Assembly (NCBI GenBank): GCA_047495785.1
Contig: JBLDXI010000024.1
Coordinates: 186,001 to 250,000, forward strand
DNA length: 64,000 nucleotides
Origin: Lepidodermella squamata
Lineage: Eukaryota > Animalia > Gastrotricha
Reading direction: 5' to 3'
Part shown: piece after piece, positions 1-12,529 of the stretch
Layout: each line of letters opens with the position of its first letter
How positions within the stretch are numbered: position 1 is the first letter of the stretch
Notes under the pieces: model-generated
What the model saw: only the letters and a program-made list of their open reading frames with translations
The model's database searches: none
Told to the model about the DNA's origin: nothing
Program-made: the position numbers and the translations under genes

Positions 1-1548
1 GGCACTTTCGGGCTGGAAAATTTAGTTTCAAGGTGGATTAATTCTGAAATATTCAAGGTTACCTTCGAGTATCCCACAACTTCATGACATTGTCGTATGA
101 GCCAGAAATGAATAAGTGCTCGGCTGATTTGGACCAATCAACAGAAGAAACCCAGGTAGAATGTGAAGTGAAAGTGGATTTCACTACCAGTCCCTCTAGA
201 ATGACGAAAAATTAGCAAAAAATTATTTGGTAAATATTCGAAAAATATACCATCTGATCGAGGGTCGTATAGTCGGATGTGGCGATCAGTTGAGGTAGTC
301 AAAAGGCACTGGTTCATAGGAGAATATGACACGGACATGAAAGCCCTTACTCCTGGCTGAAAATGGAAAAAAATTAAATTAATATTAAGGAGGAATTTTT
401 AAAACAAACAATTTTTCGATTTTCGCGACCAGCCTCCAGATCCCAGAAGACGAGAGCATGATCGAACCCAACAGTGACCAATTCCGAGTCATTCATCCAA
501 GCCAGATCTGAGATACCCTCGTTGTGTCCAGATAGGGTGACCAGAGGTACAACTCGCTTCACCGCTGAATCGTTGCTATCATCTTCCTTCGTTTTACGCA
601 TCTTTCTCTTGTGACCCTTCGACTTCTTCGCCCCTCCGTTATCGTCACTGATCGCCAATTCTTCGTCATCGGCGTTGTCTTTATTTTCGCTCACATTCGA
701 GTCATTTCCAGATGATGGGTTTAGGTTCAAATCCCAGATTTTGAGCATAGTATCCCAACTTCCTGAGGCGAATCGCTGTAGATTTGGGCTAACTGCCACG
801 CAATCGACACTGCCAGCATGACCCCGTCCGAGAACTGCGGGATGCAGCTGCCAGTCATCGTCCCGAGACGACGCCGGAATGGCCCGGGTCATCATCACGG
901 TCTGATCGTGAGCACCACTGACCGCCAATATTTCGTTATCCACTTGAACTAACGCAACGGATTTCACGGGAGCAGTATGGCACTGGACTGAGGCAACCAT
1001 ACCGTCGTTCATGCTCCACAAATTGATTGAACCATCATAACAACCCGTAAGCATTCTGTCAAGACAAGGATCGATAATTTCTAGGCACAACTTATGATAT
1101 TTCGACTTACATTGTATCCTTATCCAGCTTAATAGAAGCAACGGATGAAACCCAATCAGGGTGAGGGCATGAGATACATGGTTCAGGAGCAGATTCTTTA
1201 GTGAAATATTCCAACTCAAGAACTGATTCCTGTAATAGAAAAATGTATTCAGAATCTTTGAATAATTAGTCCTATATTCACCTGTGGCAACTTTTTAGCC
1301 TCGATGAGCTTTTCCAGCGTAGATTTCAACACGTCTTCTCCGCATCGAAAATCAAATGAAACAGCCTCTTCCGCAGCGTCTTCATCCGCTTCTTTCAGGA
1401 CTGTGTTGATCAATTCAGACAAATCCTCCGCGGTTGAGGTCACGCTGAGAGAGTAAACAGTGGACGGAATGGCAAACTCCGCTTGCCGTGTGGTAAAACG
1501 AACTTGCACCGATTGCTCATCGACATCGTCACTCAATTTTTCACCCAT
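1..1548 (-). CDS. WDR12: Ribosome biogenesis protein WDR12/Ytm1 (NLE/UBL domain + WD40 repeats); 3' end runs off the window
   Basis: ATG at 1548 (MGEKLS..VQVRFTT..FDF). Exons 1548-1282, 1229-1111, 1055-410, 356-251, 195-63, 12-<1 join in frame via 50-55 bp GT-AG introns. Motifs PDWVSSV, LTGCYDG, SGSWDTMLKIW, DRHIRLYDPR, SGSYDNVMKLWDTR. Confidence 0.93.
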
Positions 1549-1604
1549 TGTTGCAAAAAATAAAACACCTATGCAGTGACAAATTGAATTAAAGTGAAGT
1601 CGAG

Positions 1605-2544
1605 TTATTTCCAAGTTATGCTGCATATCGAGCAACGGACGCCTTCTAAAATTTCCAACTCATTTTCAACAACAAAACGATGTGGATCATTCGGATGGGT
1701 TGTCTTCAAATATTCCGAGAATTCCAATACGGATCCTCCAGTGCCGAAATAGTAATACTTGGCGGCTAAATAAGCCACGCCGTTTGGTTTGAGGCATCTA
1801 GCCAAAAGTGACTTCAGCTTGAAATAAGAGCTCGGGACGTAGATTGTTTCACTCATGATTATGACGTCATATTTTTCAGAAACGAATCCATCTGATTCAG
1901 TCAACTTTCCCCAGTCGCCATAGAAAAATTTCGATTTCCGAAGCAATGCCTCGCCATTCACGGCCACGTTAGGTATCGTCCAGCTTTCAATGACCTCCTT
2001 GTTGAAATCTTGAAAAACGACTTGCTTAGCGCCGGTTATTAGACAATAAAGAGCGTCAAGGCCAGCACCACAGCCGAGCTAAAAAGTTCCATCTTAAAAT
2101 GTTTCATGTTCAAAACGAAAGTCTTACTTCAAGGATCGTTTTATCCGAGAAGTCAATACTTAAATCGTCAAAGTATTTCAGCAAATACCTGGCGCATTCC
2201 CATAATTTAAATCCACCTGAAGTTGAACTTTATCATGATTCGAATAGTTGAGAACTCAATTGGTTTAAAGTTCTACCTTCGTAAACATTTGTCTCCACGT
2301 CCTTGTCAGCAGCAATATCTAAACCAGCTGTTTTCGGATCAGGATTGCTTATTATTTTCAAAATTTGACCATCGGCAAGTTTGAAGTCTTGCGTCACTTG
2401 AGCAGAGAAATTTTGATCCTTTAAATCATGAGGAATCACCTCACCACAAGTCAATTGTGCATCATCTTCTTTCTCTTCTCTGTCCTCATTTTCCTCACAT
2501 TTTTCATCGGATTGAAAGAAATCGAACCGAAAAGTAGATGTCAT
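1605..2544 (-). CDS. METTL18: Histidine protein methyltransferase 1 homolog (RPL3 His methyltransferase)
   Basis: Exons 2544-2277, 2216-2128, 2078-1605 give VYEGGFKLWEC, LELGCGAG (SAM motif I), FQDFN, YDVIIMSETIY and AAKYYYFGTGG. Confidence 0.92.
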
Positions 2545-2591
2545 TATTTGTTAATATCAAGGCCTATTCAATAAAGATTTGTCCAAAATAA

Positions 2592-3965
2592 TTAAAGGTT
2601 AGTGGCTTCTGGTGATGGAATTTCTTCCCGATTTTTCAAACTTCGCCAATGGAAAATGAAAAACGGCAGCGTTAGCAAAAGGCCGAACAAAACGCAAGAG
2701 CCAGAAAGCGCGTAAACGGTGAAGAAATCGTAACCTAGGTCGAAAAGGAACGCCCATAGCATCGGCCCAAGACCACCGAGCCCATGGCCGATCATGACAA
2801 TTCCAAAGGTAGTCGACAAACTACGAGGGCCGAATATTTCCATAGTTGTAGTAAGCAAAGAACCGGAAAATGTTGCCATGGAAATCCCGAAGAAAGCTGA
2901 CGCCATAAAAGGACTGAGGTACTTATGAATAAAAGGTGCTGCTACGATAGCTAATCCGCATCCAAATTGTCCTGAAAAGTAAAGTTTGGAGGGAGAAATT
3001 CGAAAAACAGTCGCCAGAATGCCAATCGAAATCCGAACAGGCGTGTCGACAATGCCGATGCAAGTCAACGTCCAAGCAGCCATTGGCAGCGAAAATTCTC
3101 CAACCTTCATAGCCAGGCGGACGCAAAACGCGTAGAACATCATGACTCCTTAAAATTATTGCAGCCCGAGGTTAAAATAATAAAAAAACTAATAACTGCT
3201 TCATACCTAACGGCCATGTTACGTTATTAATGAAGAACGTTATCAGCTTTACGTGGGAGAGTGAAATGCATTTTGAATTTTCAGTCGCAGTTTGCTCCAA
3301 CTGGCGAGGTGTTTTCGCCCAATTCGGCGGAGGCCGGAGAAACATGGCGCATACACTGATCTGCGCGACAATACAGCCTTCAAATAGCATGCAAGTGCGC
3401 CAGTCGACATCTGCAGTCATGAGTTGACTCAAGAAAAACGCGTTCAACGAAGTCCCAATACCATTCGCTGTCGAAGAAATGCTGCATGCTACCGGCCTGT
3501 ATTTATTGAACCACAGCGGAACTATGGTGACACAGGCAGTGAAAATTAATCCGAATCCGATTCCGACGAAAATCCCATAGCCGACGATTAGCATCCAAAT
3601 ATTGTAGCTGAAGAAACTGATAAATTGGGCAAATTTTATGAAAATTAGTGCTGTTACAAAGCTTGCCATATTAAATAGCCAACAGTGGCGAGTAAACTGC
3701 CGGTCACCACAGTTATCCGATGGCCAAACTTCTGGATCATTGCCCCAGCTAACAAGCCTGAGAAAAACAGGCAGGTCATGTTGACAGAGCTTATCGAGCT
3801 AATCAGGGTCAGTGAATGAATACTTGAAAATTCGGCGATCCATGCTTGCAGGAGGATCCCAACCGAGAACGCGAAGGCGATTGAGGAGGCTATAGGTACA
3901 TAGGCTGCAGCAACGATCACCCAGGCATACGTGCCGTCTACTTCGCCGTTCGCCGTAGAGGTCAT
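2592..3965 (-). CDS. Monocarboxylate transporter family (SLC16/MCT, MFS) protein, paralog 1
   Basis: DGTYAWVIV N-terminal MCT motif, KFGHR loop, WFNKYR and multi-TM hydropathy. Three exons; the first intron (3617-3666) needs a GC donor. Confidence 0.85.
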
Positions 3966-4444
3966 AGAAATGCTCTGATTCAGCGACTGGATTCATCCGC
4001 AAACATGAAGTCTTTTGAACACTCATATCTCAACCACGAGGGTGACACTAAAATTATTGCAACTCAGATGTACCCTAAAAATGAAAATAAATCGATAAAA
4101 AACAGGCACGATGGATCGCCCTTGTTATATTCAATTTACTTGAGCATCAACTGACAATTACATCAAATCTATACGTGAGAGCTGCCCATGGCAAATTGAT
4201 AAATCGAAAACGACAAGATTTGATCCCGTGGCTAATAGAACACAGGCAAGAAAAACGCGTCTAAAATCACTTCCAAATCAGGTAAAAGATGCGTAGTATA
4301 ATATTCGTTGAAATAGAATCACTTTAGACACCAACATAACATGCGTGATATATAGCACGGGTGTAGAAACGTCAGAAAAAAGGAAAATTTCGATTGATAA
4401 ATACCAACTTAATATATAATATCAACAACGAAAATCTCAACAAA

Positions 4445-5935
4445 TCAAAGCTCTTCATTTTTGCCATCTTCAAGAATTTCGAACGCGCTATCGTTCGCAG
4501 CTTTGCCGTTCGAGCCAGCCGGCGATTTTTTCGTGTTTTTCAAATTACGCCAGTGAGAGACAAAAGACGGAGTAGTAATGGCAAGACCGACGATGACAAT
4601 TACACCGAAAACCAGGTAAATTAGCGTGAAACTATTGTCAAACGCATCGAGCATTAAATCAGCGATAATTGGTCCAATTCCGTTGCCGAATCCGTTGGCT
4701 ACAATCAAAATACCGAAAACGGTCGAAATCTTTTCGGGGTCAAATAATTCAGCAGTTGTGGTGACTAGGGCGGCTAGTTGGGTGCCAAAAGACGCACCAA
4801 ATAGAGCAGATGCAACAAATGGATTCATAAATTCGTTGATGAAAGGCGTCAAAGAAATAACAATGCCGAAGCCGAGTTGCCCGACAAAATAGAAAACCGA
4901 AGGCGAAATTCTGAATTTCGAAGAAATAGCACCAGTAATTACACGGAACAAGGCGTCGATGAGCCCAATGCATGAAACAGCCCAAACCGCAAGAGGCAGA
5001 TCAAATTTTCCGAGTTCAATCGCTATTCTGACACAAAACGCGTAGAATACCATGACGCCCAGCGGCCATGTGAGATTGTTGATAAAATAACAAATGAATC
5101 GCTTGTTTGTAAACAGCTGACCCGCAACCTGGAAAAAGCTGGGCTTTTTCTTCGGAGCCGGGGCGGCGCCAGTGGGTCGCAGGGCGACAATTTCGTCGGG
5201 TTTAGTCTCCTTGGGAGCGGGAGGCGGGCGGAGCAGCATGCCGACTACGCAGACCTGGCTGACGATACAGGCCTGGAACAGCATACAGCCCTTCCAGCCG
5301 GATGACCGGATGAAAACGTCAAGAAGAAAAGCGTTAACGAAAGTTCCGAGGCCGTTTCCTGAGGCAGCGATACCGCAGGCGATTGAGCGGTAACGATCGA
5401 ACCATAGCGAAACAATGGTAATGCTCGCCATATAAGAGAAACCAAAGCCGAATCCGACGAAAATTCCGTAACCGATGAGCAGCATCCAAATATTTACTGC
5501 GAAGAAGCTACAGAAAAAAATCAAGATTTAATTGTTAACAAATTGGAATTTTCAACCAATCGTACCTGATAATATACCCTATCACGCAGAGTAGGCCTCC
5601 AATAACCACAGTCATCCTGTGGCCAAGCTTGTCGATTGAAAACCCAGCGACAAAGCCGGAGAAAAACAGACAAGCGCAGTTGAGAGAACCCACAGAGCTG
5701 ATTAGGGCCTTGGAATGGTGTTTTCCGTAAGTTTCCGACCAGGCTTGCGAAAACACGGCGACTGAGTAAGCAAATCCGATAGATGCCATTTGCGGTAAAT
5801 AGCTAAGGAAAAATTCGTTAAGACTCGATAGGTGGATAAAAATGCTGGTTACCTAGCTGCTAAAATCACCCAAGCATAGCCTTTGTCGCGTTCAAGAACG
5901 AGTCCGCAAACTGTGTTCGGTTTGGTACCGCCCAT
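4445..5935 (-). CDS. Monocarboxylate transporter family (SLC16/MCT) protein, paralog 2
   Basis: ATG at 5935 (MGGTKPN..DKGYAWVILAA), KLGHR, WFDRYR..ACGIAASG. Tandem paralog of 2592-3965 (shared FINNxTWPLG). Confidence 0.85.
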
Positions 5936-7303
5936 CTTCCAATATTCGTGTAAAAATTAACGAGCGGACCTAGGAAAGAGATTAGAGCCTTAGAATCTCA
6001 GATTATTTTTTTCTCGTTTATTTCTCTTTTTATTGAGTGTTAGTAACAGCTCACGTTCTTGATCAGCAATGCTTTGTAAAAGCATTTCCATGCTACAAAA
6101 GAAGCCGCAAGTCAGCCTCGGAAAAGCTCAGCACAACAAGGTGTTTGGGTAGCACATACTGTGATGGTGGTTGGTGGGATGAATAATAACAACTGCCAAT
6201 CATCATCATTTTACACAGTTGATTGATTGAATAATAACCAAAAAAATCATCGCTACCATCGTGCAATTACAGCGATAACGATGACAGGTAATAATAATTA
6301 ACATACATATTATAACAATATATTTCCAAAAATTTTATAATATTTATGTTCATTTATGTATATATATTTTCACATCTGTTGACCAGTATAATGCATTAGC
6401 AGTAACCATAGCAGAGAAGTGCATTATCAAAAAGGGAAGTCTCGCACAGGTACACAAGTGGTCGATAAGCCGGAAAAGAAGAGTAAACGGAAAAAAATCT
6501 GACGTGCGGATTTCGTGCTTTATAACAATGAATTTTTCGAATCTTACAAACGCTCGCAGTAAACACAAAGAAGTTTGCAAGTACGTCGATTATTCTCTGA
6601 GCAGTTATCATGCGCTTCAAGATGCAAAACCGGCAGTTTACACATCTGACTCGATTTCTCTCACTCTATCACTGGAAAGATGCAATTAATAGTAACAGGG
6701 GTTATTTATCAAAAATACGCAATGCTCGAGTTTCAACGCATTAAATCATTTGACAGCTCATTTTTAGAATTTATTAGAAATAATGATCACTATATAAGAC
6801 ATCATCATCATTATGTAAGAGGTGAGCGCTTACGTTTGCTAAGCACAGAAAAAAACAGAGCCTGCAATCTTTAACAATCATAGTATTTCTCACCGCCGAT
6901 CATCAACTGCTTTACTAAAAAAGCATTACATAGTTCAGAAAGAATCCGTAGTATGGTATAAGGATGTATTCTATTAAACCGAGCGCAAACAATACAAAAT
7001 TACTTCTCAACACTATTCCCGTAAGCTTAAGGTCCTCTCTGAAAACATGGGCCCGAGCGATGAAGCGTAACGAAGAAACAACAAGTTTTGATGATAGAAA
7101 ACCGTCATGACAATCTTGCTTTATTTTTCAGTAATCAACGAAGCCTGAATCTATCACTACCGAAAATATTTACAAATTTAGTGAGGCATTTTTCTCAACT
7201 GCTCATGATGAAACAGAAACCAGAGAATACAAGAACTCATCGACCAAATACAGAAAGGCATTGCAGCTGCGACCAAAAAACATTAAAAAAAAAGAGCGCG
7301 GGT

Positions 7304-8956
7304 TTAGGAGGAAATTTCGGCAAACGCCAACTGACAGGCCGGTCCAGGCACGGCTGGCAGCGAGGCCGAAACCAAGTCATCCTCGCGGCCGTTTTCGAAC
7401 GTGGCGTCGAGACGCACCGAGTTGTGGTGTTGCCGTGCCGCGATCGAAGCAGCCGCCGCCGCTTGAATGCTGCCGTTGGACGACGTGAACGACATGGCCG
7501 GCGAGGGCACAGCGATTAGCGACTGCGAGTAGCTGCTCGGGAACTGGTCTAGGCTCGAAGCGTTCGATAGGTCGAAGCTGGCGCCTAGCACTGGGGCGAT
7601 TGATCCACCGGGGGTCTGAAGGAGTGCATCTGATGGGGGTGGTCGAATGAAAAAGCGAAGTAAATCTGACAACGAGACAATGCCAATAACTCGGCGTGAT
7701 GAATCTACAACAACAAGACGGTGAACGAGGCCGCGGACGATTTTTTCGAAAATCTAAAAAAAGAAGGGTTTGAAAAATTAAGCTGGATTTAGTCTGATAT
7801 TACAGTGCCGAGAGTTTCTTCCATAGTGCATATCCGAAGAGGTCCGGCTGAAGCAGGTCGTGGAGTGTCTTCTGAAAAATGCGGAAGGATGTCGCTCAAG
7901 GGCCGATTCAAATTTAAATAGCCCTTGTCGACTGCGAGAATGAGCGAGTCGGAGCGCGAAAAAACGCCGATGAGCCGTCCGTCGACGGAACTGACGACCG
8001 GGAGAGCGGAAACGTGTCGATCCACGAGAAGTTTCAGTGCATCAACGACTTTAGTTTCCGGCGTAGCAGTGGCTATGTTTGTGAAAGTGCCTGCACCGGC
8101 CTCGGCCAGGGTCTTGAACCACGACCGGGGTTTCACCAGCCGCGGTAGGTTAGCATAGATTAACCGCGCAATGTGCTTGTGTGCGATGGTGAAGAGAACA
8201 TTACCACTGGCCGGGTCGCACACGGGTAAACGCCGGACCCGGCTGCTCAGTAATAAACTCGTAGCCCTGGCAAGGCTATCTTCAGGACCTATAGCTACCA
8301 TGCGCCGCCTTTCGGTATCATATTGCAACCAGGACTCAATGCACTGCTCCTCAATGACCATGCCTCCGTCGGTATGTTGATGGCAAACCGCACGAATAAA
8401 ATCGCAAACAGTGAGCACTCCAACGTATGTCTGCCTTTCTGAGCTCCATAGCAACGCGGCACTCACGCCATTGTGCATCCTATGAGACGGAAATTTGAGC
8501 ATTATTTTTTTGAAATTTCATAATTAAAACTTGCATGGCAAAAAACGCCTTCCGACCACACAGCCTTGTATCAAAAACCACCAATTTAGAGCTGTGAGGC
8601 ATTAACTCGTAACAGGGATGGCGCTGTAGAAAGTGGACAAAATGGAATTCCGATCTTGCAATCAACGAATGGGCCTGAGGTCCACCAGAGGGTACGGCTG
8701 GAAGCGATTCTGAGAAGGCACCGTCATCCAAGCGGTCTTCATCTGCCGTTTCTTCGAGACTGCGCTGCGTAGGGAGACCGCTATCCCGCGAGCTCAGATA
8801 AGTGTTAAGGCGACGGCGATGCGACTTCACATTGGCGCTATCGGCACCAGGGTCGAAATATGACGGATCGTCGTTTGATTCTTCTAATGAAAGACTGCGA
8901 TGACGACCGGTAGGGAAGAGGCGATTACGATTGGGCGTTCCACCAGATGTATTCAT
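7304..8956 (-). CDS. PRKAG: 5'-AMP-activated protein kinase gamma subunit (4 CBS domains), divergent
   Basis: CYELMPHSSKLVVFDT, KAFFAM, RLPVCDP, VSALPVV, VHRLVVVD, VSLSDLL. Introns at 8480-8534 (GC-AG) and about 7754-7803. Confidence 0.88.
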
Positions 8957-11441
8957 TTTTAGCAAAATATCAGTAGTTCAAAGATTAAGACACTATCATT
9001 TTCATGGACGGGCTCGGCGGCTAATGCCAGACAGAAATAGTTTTCGCATAACAATCTAGAGTATAAATAGTTGAAAAAAATAACAAGGGCAGAATGCTTG
9101 GGCAAAAACAGCCGTCGCCATAGACGCCGACTCCATAAACTGGAAACTAGATGACGGCACATCACGTGGATTAGCGTTAATAACAATACGCTCTACAATT
9201 ACGAGTGTTTACTCTTTTCAACGAGTGAGCCTAGGTCACGAGACACGCTATATACATGATAAGGCTTGGTTGGCGGGGTGGAACTTGGGGTGGTTAGCGC
9301 TAATATGCATAAGCATTGTTAAAACAGTACATTATAAGCGCCCGTTGAAACAACTGAATGCCGAAAAAATTGCGCACAGTTAGGCAAGCAGTGAAACCGC
9401 TGAGCGCTACGATAGTGTTTTGGTATGGCGGCGTATAACAGAAGTCTCGTGCTTTTTGCACATTATTAGCCGTTAATACACAAGAAAAAAATACACTGGT
9501 ATTACGCCAAGAAGCTATAACCTATAAAACACATTAAATTAGCAGCATCTAAAAAGAATGCGGTTAGAATGTGGTTAGAGCATCCTCTTGAAACATCTGG
9601 GATAGAGATTACATATTCCAAACATCTGCGTAATTTAATACTTGAAGACATTTTCACATTAGAAATATATGTCATAAATCACGAAGGAACTGATGGATGC
9701 TTAATCGTCCCATCAGATCACAAGATCCCGCGCATGGTTGAAATCTCCGAGATTTGTATCCTAATGCTTCAAACATTGAAAAAACATGTTTAATCTTGAC
9801 GATGATTTAAATGAAGAGGATTGGTATTTCAGCTTGCCGGGATGACAATATATATATGCATGTGTGTGCGCATACATCCTACGCTCTGAGGTATAAAAAT
9901 CGATAATGCGACGCATTTGCAATAATATGGTTCGTGGTTTCTGCCAGTTATTTTTTTAAATCCATCAAATATCAACTTATTGATCATTCTGAAAGTTTCA
10001 GAGGTAAAGTGGAAAGGCTGATAAATATCCCTGATCAGAGTCTCATTTGCAATATCAATAATCCTACAAACATACATTATTGTCAATCGAAGGCTAAGTT
10101 AGCCTGGCTAACTCCACCCATTGACACAGAGCGGAATCTCACGCCTGGTTGGAAAAAGGTAACGAGACAAGCAATGTATTAGTCAGCGTTATAAAAAAAC
10201 AAAATATAAGAACACGTTACAATGCATGTTTGATAACCAGTTTTTTGGAATCACACGATTGATGAAGTTTAGCGCAAACAAAACTTCGAAAGTAAAATTA
10301 TTACGTTACAGTTTATGAACATGATCATCTTATTTTAATAAATTTAGTCGTCGTTTCTGTCAAGTTGATAAATCTTGGTTAAATGTTGATTTGTCTCAGA
10401 GAGAAAGATGTTCAATCTTGGTTTGAAATGTTTTGTGGCAGGCCTAGGGTTCTTACTTGAAAATTTTGATCCCGACGTGCTTCGTTCTCATATGTTCAGC
10501 GTTAAGCAAAACAGTAGTTTCCTTCGCGTACATGAAAAAATTATTAAATTTCTATATTCGAGGAAATAGCAAAGAACTATCCAGTGAATCATTATTTTTG
10601 GTTACAGTGTAATCTTGTTCACTAAGTGAAGATAAAAGACGAAAAATGGCAAACATGAAATCGCCGGCGGAAGTTTAATTATAGTTCCTTATCTTATCTA
10701 TGCTTCCAAGTTCTTTCCTCATGAAACCAGAATTCATAATTAATTTGCCCTGCGCTGGCCGTATTCAAATTATTAAGAACAAATTGGATAGCAGTTAAAT
10801 TGGAGAGCAACGAGAGCTAAGAGCTAAATGATTGCTCGTAAATGAAATCGACACAATGATTATCGTGACCGCATGGTCATAGACTGGCTACGCAATCTCT
10901 GTTCAGGACTTATGCAGATTTCGTGAAAACTCCCAAGTCCGTAGCTCACTGCTGATTCTAGTTTGATCCAATCTTTCTACGAATAAATTTATCTCGATTA
11001 GTTTTCAGCCACAGGGAGTAGATGCATGAAAATAAAATAGTCAAAAAGAAAAAATATCGGCATCGAAAATTTGAGTGAAAACCATAGATCAGAAATCTCA
11101 AGAGCCAGAATGCGACAAACCACACTGTCTCTGTATAAACGTTTGAAATTGAGTATTCAGAAAGGCCTACAACATTAAAATAGTGATAACCGTAAGCCAT
11201 ATATTAAATGTTACTACCATGTGATTAATTCAAAAGCCATACAATATGAAGGTGAATAATGAGATTTTGCTATCTCACTTGCGGATACTTGTCAAGCTCC
11301 CACAAACCACGATTAGCAGAGTGAGTCAATACTTACTCACTACTCGATCTAATGTTACCGCTCGATTGAGTTAACTGTCGAACGGGAATAGTAGAAAATC
11401 GTGTTAACATTTTGGCAAATATCAAAAGTTTACAACTAACC

Positions 11442-11462
11442 AATAATAATAATAATAATAAT
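11442..11462. repeat. (AAT)n microsatellite
   Basis: aataataataataataataat read directly. Confidence 0.8.
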
Positions 11463-11852
11463 GAGGGTGGGAATGTGAAATATAAAATGCCTCAGTATAA
11501 GTAGTTCCACGAACAGAATGTAGCTTAACAAGCCAAAGCAAGAGATAGCTAAAGCAGAGTTTGCTACCTAGAATAGCATCCAAAAGCGTGTATACGGATG
11601 GGAGTCGGAAGTTTATGCACAACGCCTGCTTGCTACTAAGTGACTCACGTGACTTGAGGTTTGAGGTTTGACGTTGACACTCCAGATAGAAGCCGCGGAA
11701 GTTGGATCACACCCAAAACCACGTGCCGCAAAACACTCAATATAATTTATCTCCTAATTGGTTTTCACAAATTAAAATAATATCACAAAAATAAAATTAG
11801 ACATTTATTTTAAAAACGATACTATATTCAAACAATTAAAGCGTCCTAGGCG

Positions 11853-11865
11853 CGTTGCCAGGGCG
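11853..11865 (+). promoter_or_regulatory. X-box (RFX)-like site upstream of SPAG6
   Basis: cGTTGCCAGGGCG, about 100 bp before a putative 5'UTR-exon donor (gtaaga, 11961) whose acceptor (ttgcag, 12495) precedes the SPAG6 ATG. Only the left half matches the consensus well. Confidence 0.4.
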
Positions 11866-12529
11866 TTTCTATCTCGAACCAAGAACAACAAATGGTCAAC
11901 TTGTGACGGTCAGAGTTATTTCAGATTTTCGACGAAGCTATCCTATTTTCCTGTTATACTGTAAGAAGCTACACTTGTTAATATTAATCGCTCTAAATTA
12001 GCTCGCATTTGACTGTTGCCCTGTGCATTCGAGCACTTCAAAAAGGTATTGCTGAACTCTGGAGTAGCGTACTGCCTTTTTCAAAATTTGGCGATTAAAC
12101 ATGACTTGAACTATAATATGCGATTGATACATTTTGAAGAGAATAGAAAGTATTGAGGAAATGCGTTTTCTCAGCCTATCCGAATATACCGCAGTTCTGA
12201 GTGGATCATTCTTGCGTCTGAAGTAACGGTTGTTGATTGCTGCATTATTAGTTGAAAACACCAGTTTGGCAAGAGACATTTAGCGGGAGGAGTCTGCTTG
12301 CTTGGACAAGAGTGCTCGAACGATGAGTTATAAAGCACCAATACCCATTACCTATACGTAATACTCATAACTCCAAATTGTGCTTTCAATTATTTTCGAT
12401 TATTAGGTAGCACTCTTATGCCTAGATATATTATCGCTTTCTTGCTTCTTACTCATCACGGTGCGGCTTTCATCTACTAACTTTTTTCATTGCAGTTAGA
12501 GCCATATTAAACATTACTGACTTTGGAAA

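Noticed and set aside
9200-12480. Short ORFs in the AMPK-gamma/SPAG6 intergenic region, including a roughly 47-codon open stretch near 10340-10490
   Set aside because: AT-rich, with no coherent exon chain or protein motif.
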